A stretch of 61,070 nt of DNA, the filler included, from an uncultured bacterium (GTDB lineage: Bacteria; CAZSTA01): the NCBI GenBank assembly GCA_964609495.1. It is 3 parts of 3 records of this genome, joined end to end, with 100 filler letters (N's around TTAATTAATTAA, not from the genome) between each part and the next. Parts side by side here need not be neighbours in the genome. Positions count along the whole stretch, not along the records: positions 41,090 to 61,070 come from CAZSTA010000049.1; 2 more parts are not named here. One strand, written 5' to 3'. Shown here one piece after another: positions 59,931-61,070 of this stretch. The notes beneath the pieces are model-generated. The model saw nothing but the letters and a program-made list of their open reading frames with translations. It had not been told where the DNA came from and did no database searches. The position numbers and the translations under genes were made by a program. Position 1 is the stretch's first letter, and each line of letters begins with the position of its first letter.

Positions 59931-59959
59931 ATTATACTAAAAATATTATTTAATGTCAA
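59931..59959 (-). promoter_or_regulatory. Consensus sigma70 promoter with no protein gene downstream
   Basis: TTGACA-N17-TATAAT. Confidence 0.75.
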
Positions 59960-60126
59960 GTATCTAGATCACAAAATTAAGATTTTATTCGCTGAAAAAT
60001 CCATTTTGCCGTTAAAAATCATCAAACTTTTCTGGAAGAGAGAGTGTTTTGTCTCAATCTTAGAGGAGATTATCGGAAATTAAATTATACACCCTTGGAA
60101 TCTACTGAAATCACTTAAAAATTTTC

Positions 60127-60155
60127 TTGACAGTTTTCGAGATTTATATTATAAT
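60127..60155 (+). promoter_or_regulatory. Consensus sigma70 promoter
   Basis: TTGACA-N17-TATAAT. Confidence 0.8.
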
Positions 60156-60190
60156 ATAGATATAAATATAATTATATAAATAGGAGATGA

Positions 60191-60844
60191 ATGATTATGG
60201 TCGATAAGGATTTAGATAAGCTAACTGGACTTCACCGAGGAGAATATATGGAAGATCTCATAAGAGAGAAACTCGGGGAAGATAAAGAGGGTCCTCACTC
60301 CATAGCGATGGTAGATATAGATTATTTCAAGCAGATAAATGATAGCTACGGAAGTGAGATTGGAGATGAGGTATTGCGCAAGATAGGTAGGGTGTTAAAA
60401 GAGAATATACCGCAAGAGGGGATAGTAGGGCGCCTTCGTGGGGATGAGTTTGCTATTCTTCTACCTGATACCGGGGCGGAGAATGCCTTTATTATTATGG
60501 AGGAGATTCGGCGTCTCTTTGCAGATACTGACTTCGGATATGAGGTGGAAGGGGTTACTACTAATCTACATGTTGGTATAAGCATCGGCATCGCCTCCTT
60601 TCCAAGGGATGCCAATAATGATGTTGAATTGATGCGCAAAGCTGAAGAGGCCGGTTATAAGGCTAAGAAGACCGGTCGTAATCGGGTCTGCCTTCCCAGT
60701 GATGAGAGAATGATTCTCAAGACTAGCTACTATACCGCGACTCAGTTAGAGCGATTGGCTGAACTTGCGGCTAAGTTAGAGAAAACGGAGGCTTTTCTGC
60801 TGCGCGAGGCTTTAGATGATCTGCTGAGGAAATATACTAGTTAG
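60191..60844 (+). CDS. GGDEF-domain protein (RGDEF variant) with C-terminal ribbon-helix-helix
   Basis: DKLTGL, DIDYFKQIND, RLRGDEF, SIGIA, AKKTGRNRV; KTSYYTATQLERLAELAAKLEKTEAFLLREALDDLL. Confidence 0.85.
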   Translation: MIMVDKDLDKLTGLHRGEYMEDLIREKLGEDKEGPHSIAMVDIDYFKQINDSYGSEIGDEVLRKIGRVLKENIPQEGIVGRLRGDEFAILLPDTGAENAFIIMEEIRRLFADTDFGYEVEGVTTNLHVGISIGIASFPRDANNDVELMRKAEEAGYKAKKTGRNRVCLPSDERMILKTSYYTATQLERLAELAAKLEKTEAFLLREALDDLLRKYTS

Positions 60845-60897
60845 GTAATGATGGCTATATCATAGCGCTCTTGGCTCTCTGTAAATTGGACTTTGAT

Positions 60898-61070
60898 CTA
60901 CCCATAAGTCATCTTATACTTGATCAATTCCTCGATGATATCTAATACCTGGGCTTGTCTCGATTTTAACTCCTCAAGCTCATCTTTGATAACCTCAAAA
61001 GCTTCATAACTTATTACTTGCTCATCTGATTTAGATAGTTTTCCCGATTCCTGCCCTCTACCCTGCTTAA
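60898..61070 (-). CDS. 3' end of a gene entering from the window edge (coiled-coil C-terminus)
   Basis: Open frame ...IKDELEELKSRQAQVLDIIEELIKYKMTYG*. Confidence 0.55.
   Translation of the reverse strand, partial: KQGRGQESGKLSKSDEQVISYEAFEVIKDELEELKSRQAQVLDIIEELIKYKMTYG

Overview
About 61 kb of a bacterial draft genome (roughly 40-45% GC by eye) made of three contigs joined by two 100-nt N-linkers (20447-20546, 40990-41089), so gene adjacency across the gaps is not proven. A PilQ secretin points to a diderm envelope, while the amidase-GerMN-rph-rdgB order and FtsW/FtsQ/MraZ dcw layout look Terrabacteria-like; the taxon cannot be fixed from this window. Core blocks: peptide/phosphoester scavenging genes (1-8.7 kb), acyl-CoA ligase, smpB-tmRNA, a COG1031-type radical SAM gene, amidase-GerMN-rph-rdgB, pilMNOPQ-aroC-aroKB-aroQ-pepP, an amino-sugar-type catabolic and ABC cluster, and a reduced dcw cluster lacking mraY, murD, murC, murB and ddl. 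The most notable observations are: (1) a 796-aa PilP-position protein with a ~510-aa charged linker; (2) an orphan ~300-nt promoter-to-terminator unit with a 152-nt rod fold, lying between mraZ and a degenerate GGDEF-ribbon-helix-helix gene; (3) a secreted protein with thioester-domain motifs in permuted order; (4) a GC-rich S9 peptidase enclosed by 20-bp inverted repeats just after tmRNA; (5) an unannotated 22-aa lysine-rich peptide paired with a double zinc-ribbon protein; (6) a secreted caspase with FlgT_C-like and PEGA domains; (7) several transposase-less repeat or MITE families; (8) two toxin-antitoxin loci with broken toxins and an in-frame TGA in rph. All family assignments come from motif recognition, not from database searches.
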